Below are positions 1 to 9,508 of a DNA stretch of 28,386 bases, in pieces. The DNA comes from a virus. The stretch is from the IMG/VR virus record IMGVR_UViG_3300045125_000165; one strand, given 5' to 3'. Position 1 is the first letter of the stretch, and each line of letters starts with the position of its first letter. The translations under genes were made by a program, and so were the position numbers. Below the pieces are notes generated by a model that was not told the origin of the DNA, did no database searches, and saw nothing but the letters and a program-made list of their open reading frames with translations.

Positions 1-822
1 AAGCCAAAAGTTGATATACCCGTCAAAACTGAAGAAAGTGATATAAAGCCAACTCAGCAACAAATCAATTCAGGGAGGTTTTTCTGGATTCTTGCGGGTA
101 TTGTGGCGATCGCCTTTGGGTTCTCGCTATTTCAGCAGCCTAAGCAAACTGAAACCTTGATGGAATCTCAACAGCCATCACAGGAGCCACAAGTACAAGC
201 CTCGCAGTTAGTACCTAGTCAAGCCCAAAATGAAGTAGTTCAAAAACAAACAGAACCTCAATCATTACCAGAGCGTGACCCAACAGCTAACATCCGTAAT
301 GTCACAGCAATGGAAGTCCTTAAAGAAACCAATCAGGTTTTAGAAAAGGCTCCAGAAGCAAGAGCAAGATTTCTATATGCTCAATGGCAGCAATTAGCGG
401 TTCGTAATCCACAGAGCTATAGATCCTATCTATTAGCTCAACTAAAAAGGGTAAATACTGCTGCATCCAAGTTAAGTTTAGAATCCAAAACTTCTTTAAT
501 TGGCAGTGCTGAGCAATTGGAAATTGCTTTAGATTTGTCGATTGATGCCGAAGCGATCGCATCTGAATTAAGTTGCCTCTACATTGCCGATGGTAAGATG
601 CCAGCCCCTACAACTCCGTTAAAATGCCAAAACATTGCCGTTAACTCGCCATCCATTGCGATCGCCACTTTGATTAAAAGCTTAAACGCCCTTGAGTTTT
701 ACGAAGGGATGCTACAGCAAGCAGATGCCGAAGAAGAAACTCAGAGAGCATTAGCATTGCAAGCTCAGAGAATAAAAGCAAATACTCAAGCCAAGCCAAA
801 GGTAGGGATTTTAAATAAATGA
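1..822 (+). CDS. Membrane-anchored hypothetical protein (5' partial; frame open from base 1)
   Basis: Frame 1 is open from the window start (KPKVDIPVK...RFFWILAGIVAIAFGFSLF). One TM segment, a Q/P/E-rich linker, then a helical domain. Stop overlaps the next ATG. Confidence 0.7.
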   Translation, partial: KPKVDIPVKTEESDIKPTQQQINSGRFFWILAGIVAIAFGFSLFQQPKQTETLMESQQPSQEPQVQASQLVPSQAQNEVVQKQTEPQSLPERDPTANIRNVTAMEVLKETNQVLEKAPEARARFLYAQWQQLAVRNPQSYRSYLLAQLKRVNTAASKLSLESKTSLIGSAEQLEIALDLSIDAEAIASELSCLYIADGKMPAPTTPLKCQNIAVNSPSIAIATLIKSLNALEFYEGMLQQADAEEETQRALALQAQRIKANTQAKPKVGILNK

Positions 823-2306
823 AATTTCAACCAATCACAACTAAAAATATAGTAATTTGGCTTGCATCAGGCGCGATCGCTGGTGCAATTGGCTTATGGT
901 CTGCTTCGCTAACCTTTGAGCGCACCGTAGGTAAAAGAGTAACTGCCAATGGAGTACCTGTGGTTGTCACTATTGATCGTCCGAACAAAAACAGGCTTTT
1001 ATTTCTATCAATTGCAGCAGGCTTGATTGGTGCGGCGGCGTTGGCAACTTTGGTTGTAGATGAGAAAGGCGATCGCCTGTTATGTCCTGAAACACTGGTA
1101 GATGATATCGGTGAAGCAAATAAGGTGTTAGCTAATAATATTGGCTGTGCATTACTGTTTGTGTCAGGCAGGGGCTTTAAATGGGCATTTGGTAAGCAGT
1201 CAATTGCTAGGCAGATCACATTGTCGGTTTTGCCAGTTGAGATTCAGCGATCGCATGAAGGAATTAGTCTCTAAGAAAGATTGGTTCAAAGATTTTTGTC
1301 AGCACGTAGGCACTATATTTTGTGCGGCTCGACTGGGGACGGAAAGACAATGATGCTCAACGCGATTATTATTACCTTCCTTCAAAACGCTCAAGCAAAT
1401 GTCTCCAATGGAATTAGCAAAGACCGCTTAGCTATATGCGATCTGAACTATGGCAAACGAGACGAAAAAGGAAATCTCAATACTTGGCTTGATTTACCTC
1501 GCGAATATATTGCAGCTACGGTTGACGAAATCATGCTATCGGTTCGCTCTGTAATTGCAGAGCTACGCGATCGCCGCCAAGATGATATCAACTGTGCTAC
1601 AGCAAAATCCAATGGTGACGAAGCTAAATACAAGCTACTTGAGGCTAAGTCGAAAGAGCGTGGCAACGTTCTTTTAGTTGTAGAGGAGCAGATGAGTACT
1701 CGCGCCGCTATCAAGTCGGTTGATCCTGAATTACTCAAAGAATTTGACGCTTCAATTAACGAGATTCTGCGCTATGGACGTGGTTATTTAGTCAAGGTCT
1801 TGATCGTGCTTCAGTACCTCAATGCAGGCAAAGGTGACGAAGGTAACGGAATTAATTTGGGCTTGCGTGACCAGTGTTGCATTGCCTTATTAAAAACAAT
1901 GGCAGTGCAAAAAACTCAAGTTGAAAAAATCTCGACCGAACCTGATGAGTTGGTTAGCCAATTTAAAGAAGCCTTGAAGCGATTCCCGTATCTTGCCTTA
2001 GTTCAAAACGATGGCGGCAATCCAAATATTAGACAGATTCCCGATCTATCTTGGACTAGTGGATTTTCTATCAAGAAAAATGTTGATTCAATTGATGTTT
2101 GGTGGTCACAAGTCTGGACAGAAGCTAATCAGCAATGGGCTATTGACTTGATTGAACAAGGGCGATCGCCAACATCATCAGCATTCGATTCCGAAATCAA
2201 AACCCGTTTCGGAATTGGCAGAAATGCTAAAGACCCTCGCTACCAAAAATATAAGGCGGCGATTGAGCAAATCAAATCTAAGCAAAAACAATTAGTAGGA
2301 GCATAA
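819..2306 (+). CDS. Membrane-anchored FtsK/SpoIIIE-HerA superfamily ATPase (DNA translocase / coupling-protein-like), split by about 2 indels near 1245-1290
   Basis: ORF 819-1274 has 2 TM segments. A bridging frame reads DRMKELVSKKDWF. ORF 1281-2306 has Walker A GSTGDGKT, Walker B LLVVEE and the FtsK-like motif ILRYGRGYLVKVLIVLQ. Confidence 0.75.
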
Positions 2307-2310
2307 AGAG

Positions 2311-2757
2311 ATGTCAGATGGAAGTGGTAAGAATCCAGTAACAAATGTATTCGGTTCGATTGGCGGCGCAATAATGCTTGCTTTTATAGTTATGGGAACT
2401 CTTGCTTTTATATTTGGAATCGTAACGGGTAGAAAGCCAGAAAGGGGTAATTTAACAAGTGTTACGGATGTTTTATCTTGGCTGGGTGCGCTTACTAATA
2501 CCGCTACTCGTTCAACTGTAGAAACTTTTGCCCCTGATATTTACAATAAAACAAATACGATTGATGGTTCTGCCGATCAACTTAAATTGATGCAGCCATC
2601 ACAGCAGGGACTAGTCTTTGACGCTGTGCCAACTAACGCTAAAGCAAAATCTAATCAAACCAACAATGCAGCAGCGATCGCTGAACAAACCGAAGTTTAC
2701 GATGTTGACCTAAACGGGAATCCAATCGCACCATTAACCCCAGCTAAAAAGAAATGA
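2311..2757 (+). CDS. Hypothetical membrane protein
   Basis: N-terminal hydrophobic segment (IGGAIMLAFIVMGTLAFIFGIV). AGGAG upstream. ATGA overlap with the next gene. Confidence 0.7.
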   Translation: MSDGSGKNPVTNVFGSIGGAIMLAFIVMGTLAFIFGIVTGRKPERGNLTSVTDVLSWLGALTNTATRSTVETFAPDIYNKTNTIDGSADQLKLMQPSQQGLVFDAVPTNAKAKSNQTNNAAAIAEQTEVYDVDLNGNPIAPLTPAKKK

Positions 2758-3251
2758 GATTATCTAGTGCTGTAACAGGAGTAGGAGCTATAGCTATCCT
2801 TTGGTTCTGCGGTTTACTGGATTTTGCCCCAAAACTATGGGCTGATTTAGGTAACTGGGAAGGTGCGGACACTATCAATAAGTTTGGAGTAATTGGGCTT
2901 CGTGCTATTGGTAATCAGTGGAAAAACAAGGTAGGTAGCTTGGATGCAAAACCACTACCTACCTACACCGCAAAGAAGTTAGGCGATGATTTCTGCATGA
3001 TCAATACCACTAATCCTGACGCGAAGCTCTCTAAAAAGGATTACGACAAACACGTAGAGGCTATCAATCTTAAGGTGCGATCGCCTCTACAATCCCCAAA
3101 CAGTTCAGTCTATTGCTATGACAAGAACAATCACACAGGACTGATTTATCAAACTGAGTGGATACCAAATAAATTCCTTCGTATTGATGCTGCTACAGGC
3201 GGCGAGACCATAGTTGACACAACTCCAAAAGCTGATGCAGTTAACAGATGA
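2754..3251 (+). CDS. Hypothetical secreted or membrane-anchored protein
   Basis: N-terminal hydrophobic signal/anchor; translationally coupled within the operon. Confidence 0.7.
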   Translation: MRLSSAVTGVGAIAILWFCGLLDFAPKLWADLGNWEGADTINKFGVIGLRAIGNQWKNKVGSLDAKPLPTYTAKKLGDDFCMINTTNPDAKLSKKDYDKHVEAINLKVRSPLQSPNSSVYCYDKNNHTGLIYQTEWIPNKFLRIDAATGGETIVDTTPKADAVNR

Positions 3252-3885
3252 TGAACTACAAACTTTAAAGAAACTTGTGAGGGAGCGCAAAACTGGCTAC
3301 CTCAACGAGAACATCTTGGAAAAAGCTATCCGCAACATTGCCGCCCATGAATCTGATGGGGTAATGGAGTGGATAATACCAGTCCTAATTTTGATTTTTC
3401 TTTCTACTGGTCTGTGGCAAAACTTCAAACCTAAAACACAGATTTTAAATAAGTTGCCAGAGATCAGTACGAGCCAAATCAAAGGTAAAAAACCTAATCT
3501 AGTTTACAAAGAACACTTTATAGATAACTCCCCTGTTGGCTCCTATGACTTTACTTTGATGTCCGACGGTGAAGTTAAAGGGGTAGCAGTTCCTAGTCCT
3601 TGCGATGGCAAAATTGTAATATCTGAAGAGATGCGAGGCTATGGCAATACGATCGCCATTGATTGCAAAGACTATCGTATTTTTATGGCGCATCTAGCAG
3701 AGAAGGGATTACCCGTTGGCAGTGTAGTTAAAGAAGGTGAGGTTATTGCTATTCAAGGAACCACAGGAGATTCTACTGGTGAGCATATTCACTGGGAGAC
3801 ATCACCAGCAGGGACAGATAAACGCATAGAAGATAGAGCAATTACAGCACCATTAGTTTTGCAATACATTAATAAAATTCGATGA
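3214..3885 (+). CDS. M23 family peptidoglycan peptidase with a TM anchor
   Basis: GYGNTIAI...FMAHL...VKEGEVIAIQGTTGDSTGEHIHWE, the M23 HxH motif. TM segment WIIPVLILIFLSTGLW. The start may be the ATG at 3235. Confidence 0.9.
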   Translation: MTQLQKLMQLTDDELQTLKKLVRERKTGYLNENILEKAIRNIAAHESDGVMEWIIPVLILIFLSTGLWQNFKPKTQILNKLPEISTSQIKGKKPNLVYKEHFIDNSPVGSYDFTLMSDGEVKGVAVPSPCDGKIVISEEMRGYGNTIAIDCKDYRIFMAHLAEKGLPVGSVVKEGEVIAIQGTTGDSTGEHIHWETSPAGTDKRIEDRAITAPLVLQYINKIR

Positions 3886-4172
3886 ATAAACTGCCAATCC
3901 TTACACGCCGCCCAAGACTTTACAGTCAGCGCTCTGCAAAAGTAAAGCCAAAGCGATCGCCTAACAAATCGATCAAACAAATAATCAACACTCTAACAAT
4001 GTTTTGCGCCTTGGTTTGCTTAGTATTAATCGCCTATGCCATCTATATCGCTCTACCTCACATTGGTTATGGACTCTGGCTAATGTTGCCTTGCCTTATT
4101 CAGGCGGCGATTATTGCGTTGATTGGTGCAAGCCTTCAAGCGTTTTTGCAGTGGAGCGATCGCGATGGGTAA
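3882..4172 (+). CDS. Small 2-TM membrane protein with a basic N-terminus (holin-like candidate)
   Basis: K/R-rich N-terminus and two long hydrophobic stretches; lies between the two wall hydrolase genes. Confidence 0.55.
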   Translation: MNKLPILTRRPRLYSQRSAKVKPKRSPNKSIKQIINTLTMFCALVCLVLIAYAIYIALPHIGYGLWLMLPCLIQAAIIALIGASLQAFLQWSDRDG

Positions 4173-4515
4173 AAAATATCGCACCAAAATGGGACAAAGA
4201 TATTCTGCCTATATCAACTCCTCAAAATGGAAAAATAAGCTCCCGTTTTTTCACTCATTTTTAATACACCGTGACGCAATTTGTCCTTTACTCCCTGCTA
4301 ACCATGTCCATCACTTAGCTTATTGGGGACTAGGCTGGGAGATCTATATTCTCCATGTAGTACCACTCAATAAATATACTCACGCGATTGTCGGCATGTT
4401 TGACTACGCACCATTCCCGATTAAGTTCCCATTCAATATGCTGCTTAGAGCATTGTGTTTATTCTGGACGATCGCCTTTATCCCTTTGCATCTTTATAAA
4501 AAACTATGTCGCTAA
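4165..4515 (+). CDS. Degenerate HNH-like protein with a C-terminal hydrophobic tail
   Basis: YSAYINSSKW...NHVHHLAYWGLGWE...VPLNKYTH resembles small phage HNH proteins (YxxY..S..W, VHHxxY.LGxE). Start follows GGAG-HIP1-ATG at 4165. Confidence 0.55.
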   Translation: MGKKYRTKMGQRYSAYINSSKWKNKLPFFHSFLIHRDAICPLLPANHVHHLAYWGLGWEIYILHVVPLNKYTHAIVGMFDYAPFPIKFPFNMLLRALCLFWTIAFIPLHLYKKLCR

Positions 4516-5117
4516 CATCATGGGCAAAGCGATCGCCGAGTAACACATCAGTAATCGCACTTACTTTAATTGTGGTGATTGGCTTAAATTTCTATTACCG
4601 CGATCGCCCAAATATTGAAGCTGCAAATAATGTTTCGGATAACGGTAGTGCGATCGCTTCTACAAATATCCCGCCCAAAATCAAAGCGTTTTTGACGGTA
4701 ATTTCATGGGCAGAAGGGACAGACGGGAAAGATGGGTATAAAACCCATTTTGGTTACGAGAAATTTGAAGACTTTAGTGATCATCCTCGTAAGGTAAAAT
4801 CAGCGAGCGGATTCAGATCTGATGCTGCTGGCAAATATCAAGCCATGTCATTTACATGGGATCGGATTGCTAAGAAGATTGGGCTTAAAGATTTCTCTCC
4901 TGCAAATCAAGACTTATTTGCGGTTGAGCTTTTGAAAGAATGCGGTGCTTATGATTTGATTATGCAAGGTAATATCGAGGCGGCGATTATTGCAGCATCA
5001 CCAACATGGGCATCGTTCCCAAAACAAGGTGGTGGGAGCTTTTACCCTGATCAACCTGCTAAACCTATGCCCGCTTTGCTACAACGATACAAAGAAGCCT
5101 TGGAAGCGAATAAGTAA
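4506..5117 (+). CDS. Lambda-R-like muramidase / lytic transglycosylase (GH104-like) with an N-terminal TM segment
   Basis: AFLTVISWAEGT, SDAAGKYQ, TW, DFSPANQD and WASFP motifs. N-terminal hydrophobic anchor VIALTLIVVIGLNFYY. Confidence 0.9.
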   Translation: MSLTSWAKRSPSNTSVIALTLIVVIGLNFYYRDRPNIEAANNVSDNGSAIASTNIPPKIKAFLTVISWAEGTDGKDGYKTHFGYEKFEDFSDHPRKVKSASGFRSDAAGKYQAMSFTWDRIAKKIGLKDFSPANQDLFAVELLKECGAYDLIMQGNIEAAIIAASPTWASFPKQGGGSFYPDQPAKPMPALLQRYKEALEANK

Positions 5118-5125
5118 GAATACAA

Positions 5126-5332
5126 ATGAAATCATCAGAGCTAAAAGAAAACATGGCAGTCAAAACCATCGATTCTGCATTGCGTCGTGAGAATCGAATT
5201 AAAGGATCAAAGCATGGCGTGGTTGTAAGCCCGAAAATCGTTAAAAATGGCACTGTTCCCATGGTGCTTGTGCAATTTGAAAGGGAAACTGAGGCGCGAT
5301 ATGTGCCGATCGTGCGATTGGAAGCAGCGTAA
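5126..5332 (+). CDS. Small hypothetical protein (SH3-like beta-rich)
   Basis: 68-aa ORF directly after the muramidase. Confidence 0.55.
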   Translation: MKSSELKENMAVKTIDSALRRENRIKGSKHGVVVSPKIVKNGTVPMVLVQFERETEARYVPIVRLEAA

Positions 5333-5359
5333 AAATCAACCAAAAACAGGACACAAAAT

Positions 5360-5863
5360 TATGGGTTGGAAAGCATTTAAAAAACACTTCAACATCGAAT
5401 ATATCGTACAAATTCGCGATGGTAAATTATTGATTGGTTCGCCATATATTAGCGAGTTAGTTGCTATCTCGTTGGAAAGTGGCAAAAAGAATCAACTAGT
5501 CGCAAGGATTTTTTGAAAGAGTACTACCCTGCGATACTAGAGGCAACGCCCGAACAAATTAAAGCACTGATTGATCAGGAAGATACTTTTGAGCGCTCCA
5601 TCACGGTTTACACCCATGACAATTTAAAGATTCTTACAAAATATTGCGAGAAATTGGGCTACCCAAATGTTACCCATGACGGTGTTTTGATGTATGAAGA
5701 TAGTTTTTCAACTGACAAAGATCAGGTTATTGAATGGGCAAAGCAACGACATGCTTATAGGTTAGAGGAATTACAAGAGCGTGTCAGAGAAAAGAGAGCA
5801 GAGCTTGCAAAATGGGAGGAACGACTTGAGGAAGTAAGTAGACAAGAATTGACTTTTGAGTAA
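5360..5863 (+). CDS. Conserved phage hypothetical protein, frameshifted near 5490-5515
   Basis: MGWKAFKKHFNI...IGSPYI joins ...GYPNVTHDGVLMYEDSFSTDK, a pattern I recall from a single conserved mobile-element protein family. Confidence 0.6.
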
Positions 5864-5929
5864 ACTCCGTGATCCTCTGTTCCCAGTTTCCAAAAATGGT
5901 AGTATGGCGATAACATCAACGCGATCGCC

Positions 5930-7558
5930 ATGCCTACCCTAAAGCAACTAACAAAAAAACACGCGACTTATATACTAGAGTGCGATCGCTGGACACTACT
6001 AGAAAAACTTGTCGCAGGTGGCAAAAAGGTAGACTTAGAAACAAAGAAAAGTCTACTTCAAAACCCCGATGGCAGACCACCAAACATTATTGAAGCTAGA
6101 GCCAAACTAGCCCCATACGTCAATATCTTGGGTTCGGCACTGCAAAGAGTTGTTGCACAGCTATTTCAAGAACCCGCAAATTTTGAAGGGTCTAAAGATG
6201 ATTTTTGGATTGATTGGCTAGACTCTAAAGCATTTGTGCTTGACGGGGATGATGACAGTAAAGCCAGTTTTACTCTTGGATTGAAGAAAGCTGCAATGGC
6301 GGCTTTTACCAATGGCAAGGCGATCGCCGAAATTAGCACCAAGTATTCAGGTGAAGCGACAAACTTAAAACAACAAAAGGAACTAGGCGAGTTAGATCCT
6401 TATGTCGTGATATTGCCTCAGTCAGCGATGTGGGACTGGGATGTTGATGCAAGTGGGTTTAAATACGTCAAGATTTGTCGATATCGATTGGAGAAAAAAG
6501 ACTGGAAGGATGTTGATGTACCAGTTTATAGCTTTACAATTTATGAGAGGCAGCAAAATAAGATAGTTGTAAGCCAATACGAAGTTAGACCTAAACCCGA
6601 ACTTGAGCAGTACAAAACTAATCCTGCTAGTTTCAAATTAACGGAATCCACTTCAGATGATGACGTGGTGATCTCCACCGTAGAGATTGGTGGGATTAGC
6701 TATGAAAATGTCGAAATATTTAATCTCAATGGCAAGTTCGATTTCCGATCAAGACATTAACCTTTCCGCCTGAATTGTGCATAGGCGATCAGTTAATGGA
6801 TCTGTGCGTTGAGTTTTTCAATATCAAGGCTGGCATTGCTTGGAAACTCCAATCGATTAATTTCTCCATGCCAGTGGTGACTTTACCGCCTAACGTTGAA
6901 ACTGCTGATGAATTATGGGGTAAGGGGCAAAAGTTTGGCGACGGATATTTCTTGGCAGTGCCTAATGGGACAACTGTAACGACTTTAGATATGGGAGGTG
7001 GCAGTATCTCAACAGCTATTAACTATCTCGAAAAGATCGCCGAGAGCTTTATGTCTTTGTTGCACCAAATTTCAACAAGCGCAGCCTCAAGTAATTCGGG
7101 ATTAGGGTCGCAGCGCTGACAAGACTCGCGAAGATAAAAAACTTGAAGTCTCTATGCTTGAAGTAACTGGGATGGAGATCGCTTCGTTTGCGGACTCTAT
7201 ACTTGATTGCAGTGCGATCGCTAGGAATGAAAATATTGATTGGACAGTAGACGGGTTCAATAATTACCTCGGGGAAGGGCTTGATGAGATGTTTAGTGAT
7301 ATTGAGAGAATGCTAAAAAATGCCATCAATACACCAACACTTCGCAGAGAAGAAATAAATAAAACCTCTACAGCTTTCTGCAAAAAATACAAAGTTTCTG
7401 ATGACTCTAAAAAAGCGATCATGGATGAAATCGCCACCTTGCCTGATGAAACTTTACTCAAGCCAATGTCTTTACCTTTACCGCCAACACCACCACAGGA
7501 GCAAGCCAATGCAGACGGACAAGATACTGGAGCAGATATTCAACCAGAAGAAGCCTAG
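5930..7558 (+). CDS. Probable phage portal protein, split into 3 ORFs by indels
   Basis: The N-terminus HATY...RW..L..LVAGG...EARAKLAPYVN resembles DUF4055-type portals. ORFs 5930-6760, 6775-7119 and 7154-7558 join to about 540 aa with an acidic, Pro-rich tail. Confidence 0.6.
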
Positions 7559-7808
7559 CCTTCGGCAATTAATCAGGCAGGCGATCGCCGATCTACCACA
7601 GGAGCATCAACGGATAGTGAGAAAGCGCTTTAAAGACGTGCATTTTTGCGTACTTGCAATTATCAATTACGATCAGTTTTCTGCGCGTGATGCAATTGAA
7701 GGGACTATTGCGGCGATCAATTTTAGTGATCCTGATTTTAAGTTGGACTTCAAGGCGATCGCGGCTAATAGTCCTAAGCGGTATATTGTTGATCGGTTGC
7801 CTGATTAG
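7509..7808 (+). CDS. Hypothetical protein
   Basis: MQTDKILEQIFNQ... overlaps the end of the portal-like gene; last gene before attP. Confidence 0.5.
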   Translation: MQTDKILEQIFNQKKPSLRQLIRQAIADLPQEHQRIVRKRFKDVHFCVLAIINYDQFSARDAIEGTIAAINFSDPDFKLDFKAIAANSPKRYIVDRLPD

Positions 7809-7925
7809 CTAGGCGATCGCTAAAGAAGCTTTGCTATCTCAGTATCCACTTGAGTCCCTATTGAGTCCCCAATATTTTTAAATCCCTAAAACCCATACGA
7901 GCAAAAGATCGTAATCACTATTATA

Positions 7926-7972
7926 TTCCCTTGGTAAGGGAAAGGTCACGGGTTCAAATCCCGTTGAGGGCT
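7926..7972 (+). tRNA. 3' half of tRNA-Thr(GGT); att core, not a full tRNA
   Basis: Anticodon arm TTCCC-TTGGTAA-GGGAA, variable loop AGGTC, T arm ACGGG-TTCAAAT-CCCGT, acceptor 3' strand TGAGGGC-T. No D arm or 5' acceptor strand upstream. Confidence 0.85.
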
Positions 7973-7995
7973 TAACACTAAAAACCATACAGCAT

Positions 7996-8037
7996 AAGCG
8001 GTTCAACCTAAAAGGCTGAACCGCTTTATTGTTTTTT
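7996..8037 (+). terminator. Rho-independent terminator downstream of the tRNA fragment
   Basis: AAGCGGTTCA...TGAACCGCTT stem followed by TATTGTTTTTT. Confidence 0.75.
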
Positions 8038-8101
8038 GGCACACTTTAAACTATCGTAAATTATCGTAAATCATCGCAGTTTATCGCATTTTGAGTCCCC
8101 T

Positions 8102-9129
8102 ATGAGTCCTCAAAAATCTAGTAAGGGAAAAGTCTCAATAGAGGTCAAGAATGGTTATTTGCGTTTGCGATGGCGATACTTGGGGACTCAACACACTTTG
8201 TATACTGGGTTGCCTGATGAACCAGTATCTCGTACTGTTGCTGAAAGCAAAGCCAATGCGATCGCGTTGGATATGTTATCAAACAATTTTGATAAAACCC
8301 TTGCCAAATATAAACCTCAGAAAGCAAAGCCTAAACCAGAAAACAGATCGCCATTAGATTTGTATCTTGAATTTCTGGAATTTAGGCGATCTGCAGGTTT
8401 CGACTGTGACAGCGAAAAATATGAGTCCTTGACCGAGGGCTTAAAACGAGATCCGAAGCCTGAAAAATATTTTAGAAATACTGAGTACTGATAATAATCC
8501 TGAAACGGTTAAGCGAAAACTTGAATGGTTAGACCAGTGCTACAAATTTCATGGCACTACAAACCCGTTTGATTTGGTTAGTCAACGGTTAAAAATACCG
8601 CCAAAACTAAAACCTCAGCCATTTACAAGTGAGGAGGTTGAGTTGATTTTGGATGGGTTTAAAAATATGTACCCTCATTACTTGCCCTATATTCAGTTTT
8701 GTTTAAGTACGGGTGTTCGAGTACAGGAAGCAAGGTTTTTAAAATGGGATCAATTATCCCCAGACTTAACTCGTATTCAAATACTTGATTTTAAGCGTAG
8801 CAAGACCCGAAGTTTTAAGTTGCCTGACTTGGCGATCGCTGCAATCAGATCGGTAGAGCGATCGCGATGAATATGTTTTTACCAGTGTTGAAGGAAAGCA
8901 GATAGATGCTGGTAATTTCAGGAAACGGTATTGGATACCAGTACTAGAAAAGCAAGGGATCGATTATCGCACTCCGTATAAATGCCGATCTACAGCCATA
9001 TCTCATGCGTTGAGTAAAGGCGCTAATCCTATGGCGATCGCCGCCGTAACTGGTCACGATGTCCAAACGCTTTATAACGAATATGCTGGCTTCATTGAGT
9101 CATCACCTAAGATGCCAGACTTGTTTTAG
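8102..9129 (+). CDS. int: Tyrosine integrase with an N-terminal Arm-DNA-binding domain (several indels)
   Basis: GYLRLRWRYLG...TGLPD (arm-binding domain), TGVRVQE, and a C-terminal frame PYKCRSTAISHAL...TGHDVQTLYNEYA ending at TAG 9127-9129. Confidence 0.9.
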
Positions 9130-9424
9130 ATTTTTTGGATAGTTTAAATATTGTTTGTCGAGATTTCGTAAATTCTTCAAGCTGCTCTGGTTCGTTGCGT
9201 AGCCATGCTTCGCAGCGATCGGCAAAATAAGTAATACCACCCTGATTTGTCCAATGATAATGCTCACAAAATGGAATGCCAAGAGCGTTAGGGGTTTGTT
9301 CGCGCTTCCACTTATTGATTGTGGTTACACCTTTACCTAGTCGCTCCGCAATCTCAATCGTAGAAAGGTTGTTTTTTTTGTTCGTTAAAAGTTGTTTGAG
9401 CGCTTCTAGCGTTTCGGTATCCAT
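9107..9424 (-). CDS. Excisionase / recombination directionality factor-like HTH protein
   Basis: LSTIEIAERLGKGVTTINKWKR HTH; convergent on and overlapping the end of the integrase. Confidence 0.65.
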   Translation of the reverse strand: MDTETLEALKQLLTNKKNNLSTIEIAERLGKGVTTINKWKREQTPNALGIPFCEHYHWTNQGGITYFADRCEAWLRNEPEQLEEFTKSRQTIFKLSKKSKTSLAS

Positions 9425-9508
9425 AAACCGTTTTCTGTTTTCTGAAACTGGTAATAGTTTGGCACAAAATAGGCGATCGCCTACTTATGCGATCGCCACA
9501 TCTAAAAA

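Larger units (their letters stand above)
7850..8110. other. attP region: core flanked by arm-type integrase binding repeats and putative Xis sites
   Basis: TTGAGTCCC at 7850, 7861 and 8091, and ATGAGTCCT at 8102. Four 10-bp-phased repeats (ctatcgtaaa, ttatcgtaaa, tcatcgcagt, ttatcgcatt) at 8051-8090. tRNA fragment between the arms; adjacent to the integrase. Confidence 0.85.

Noticed and set aside
1-5117. Complete type IV secretion system
   Set aside because: No VirB4, VirB6-type or relaxase gene is recognisable in the window; only an FtsK-like ATPase and wall hydrolases are supported.
7926-7972. Functional phage tRNA-Thr gene
   Set aside because: The 5' acceptor strand and D arm are missing; it is an att core.
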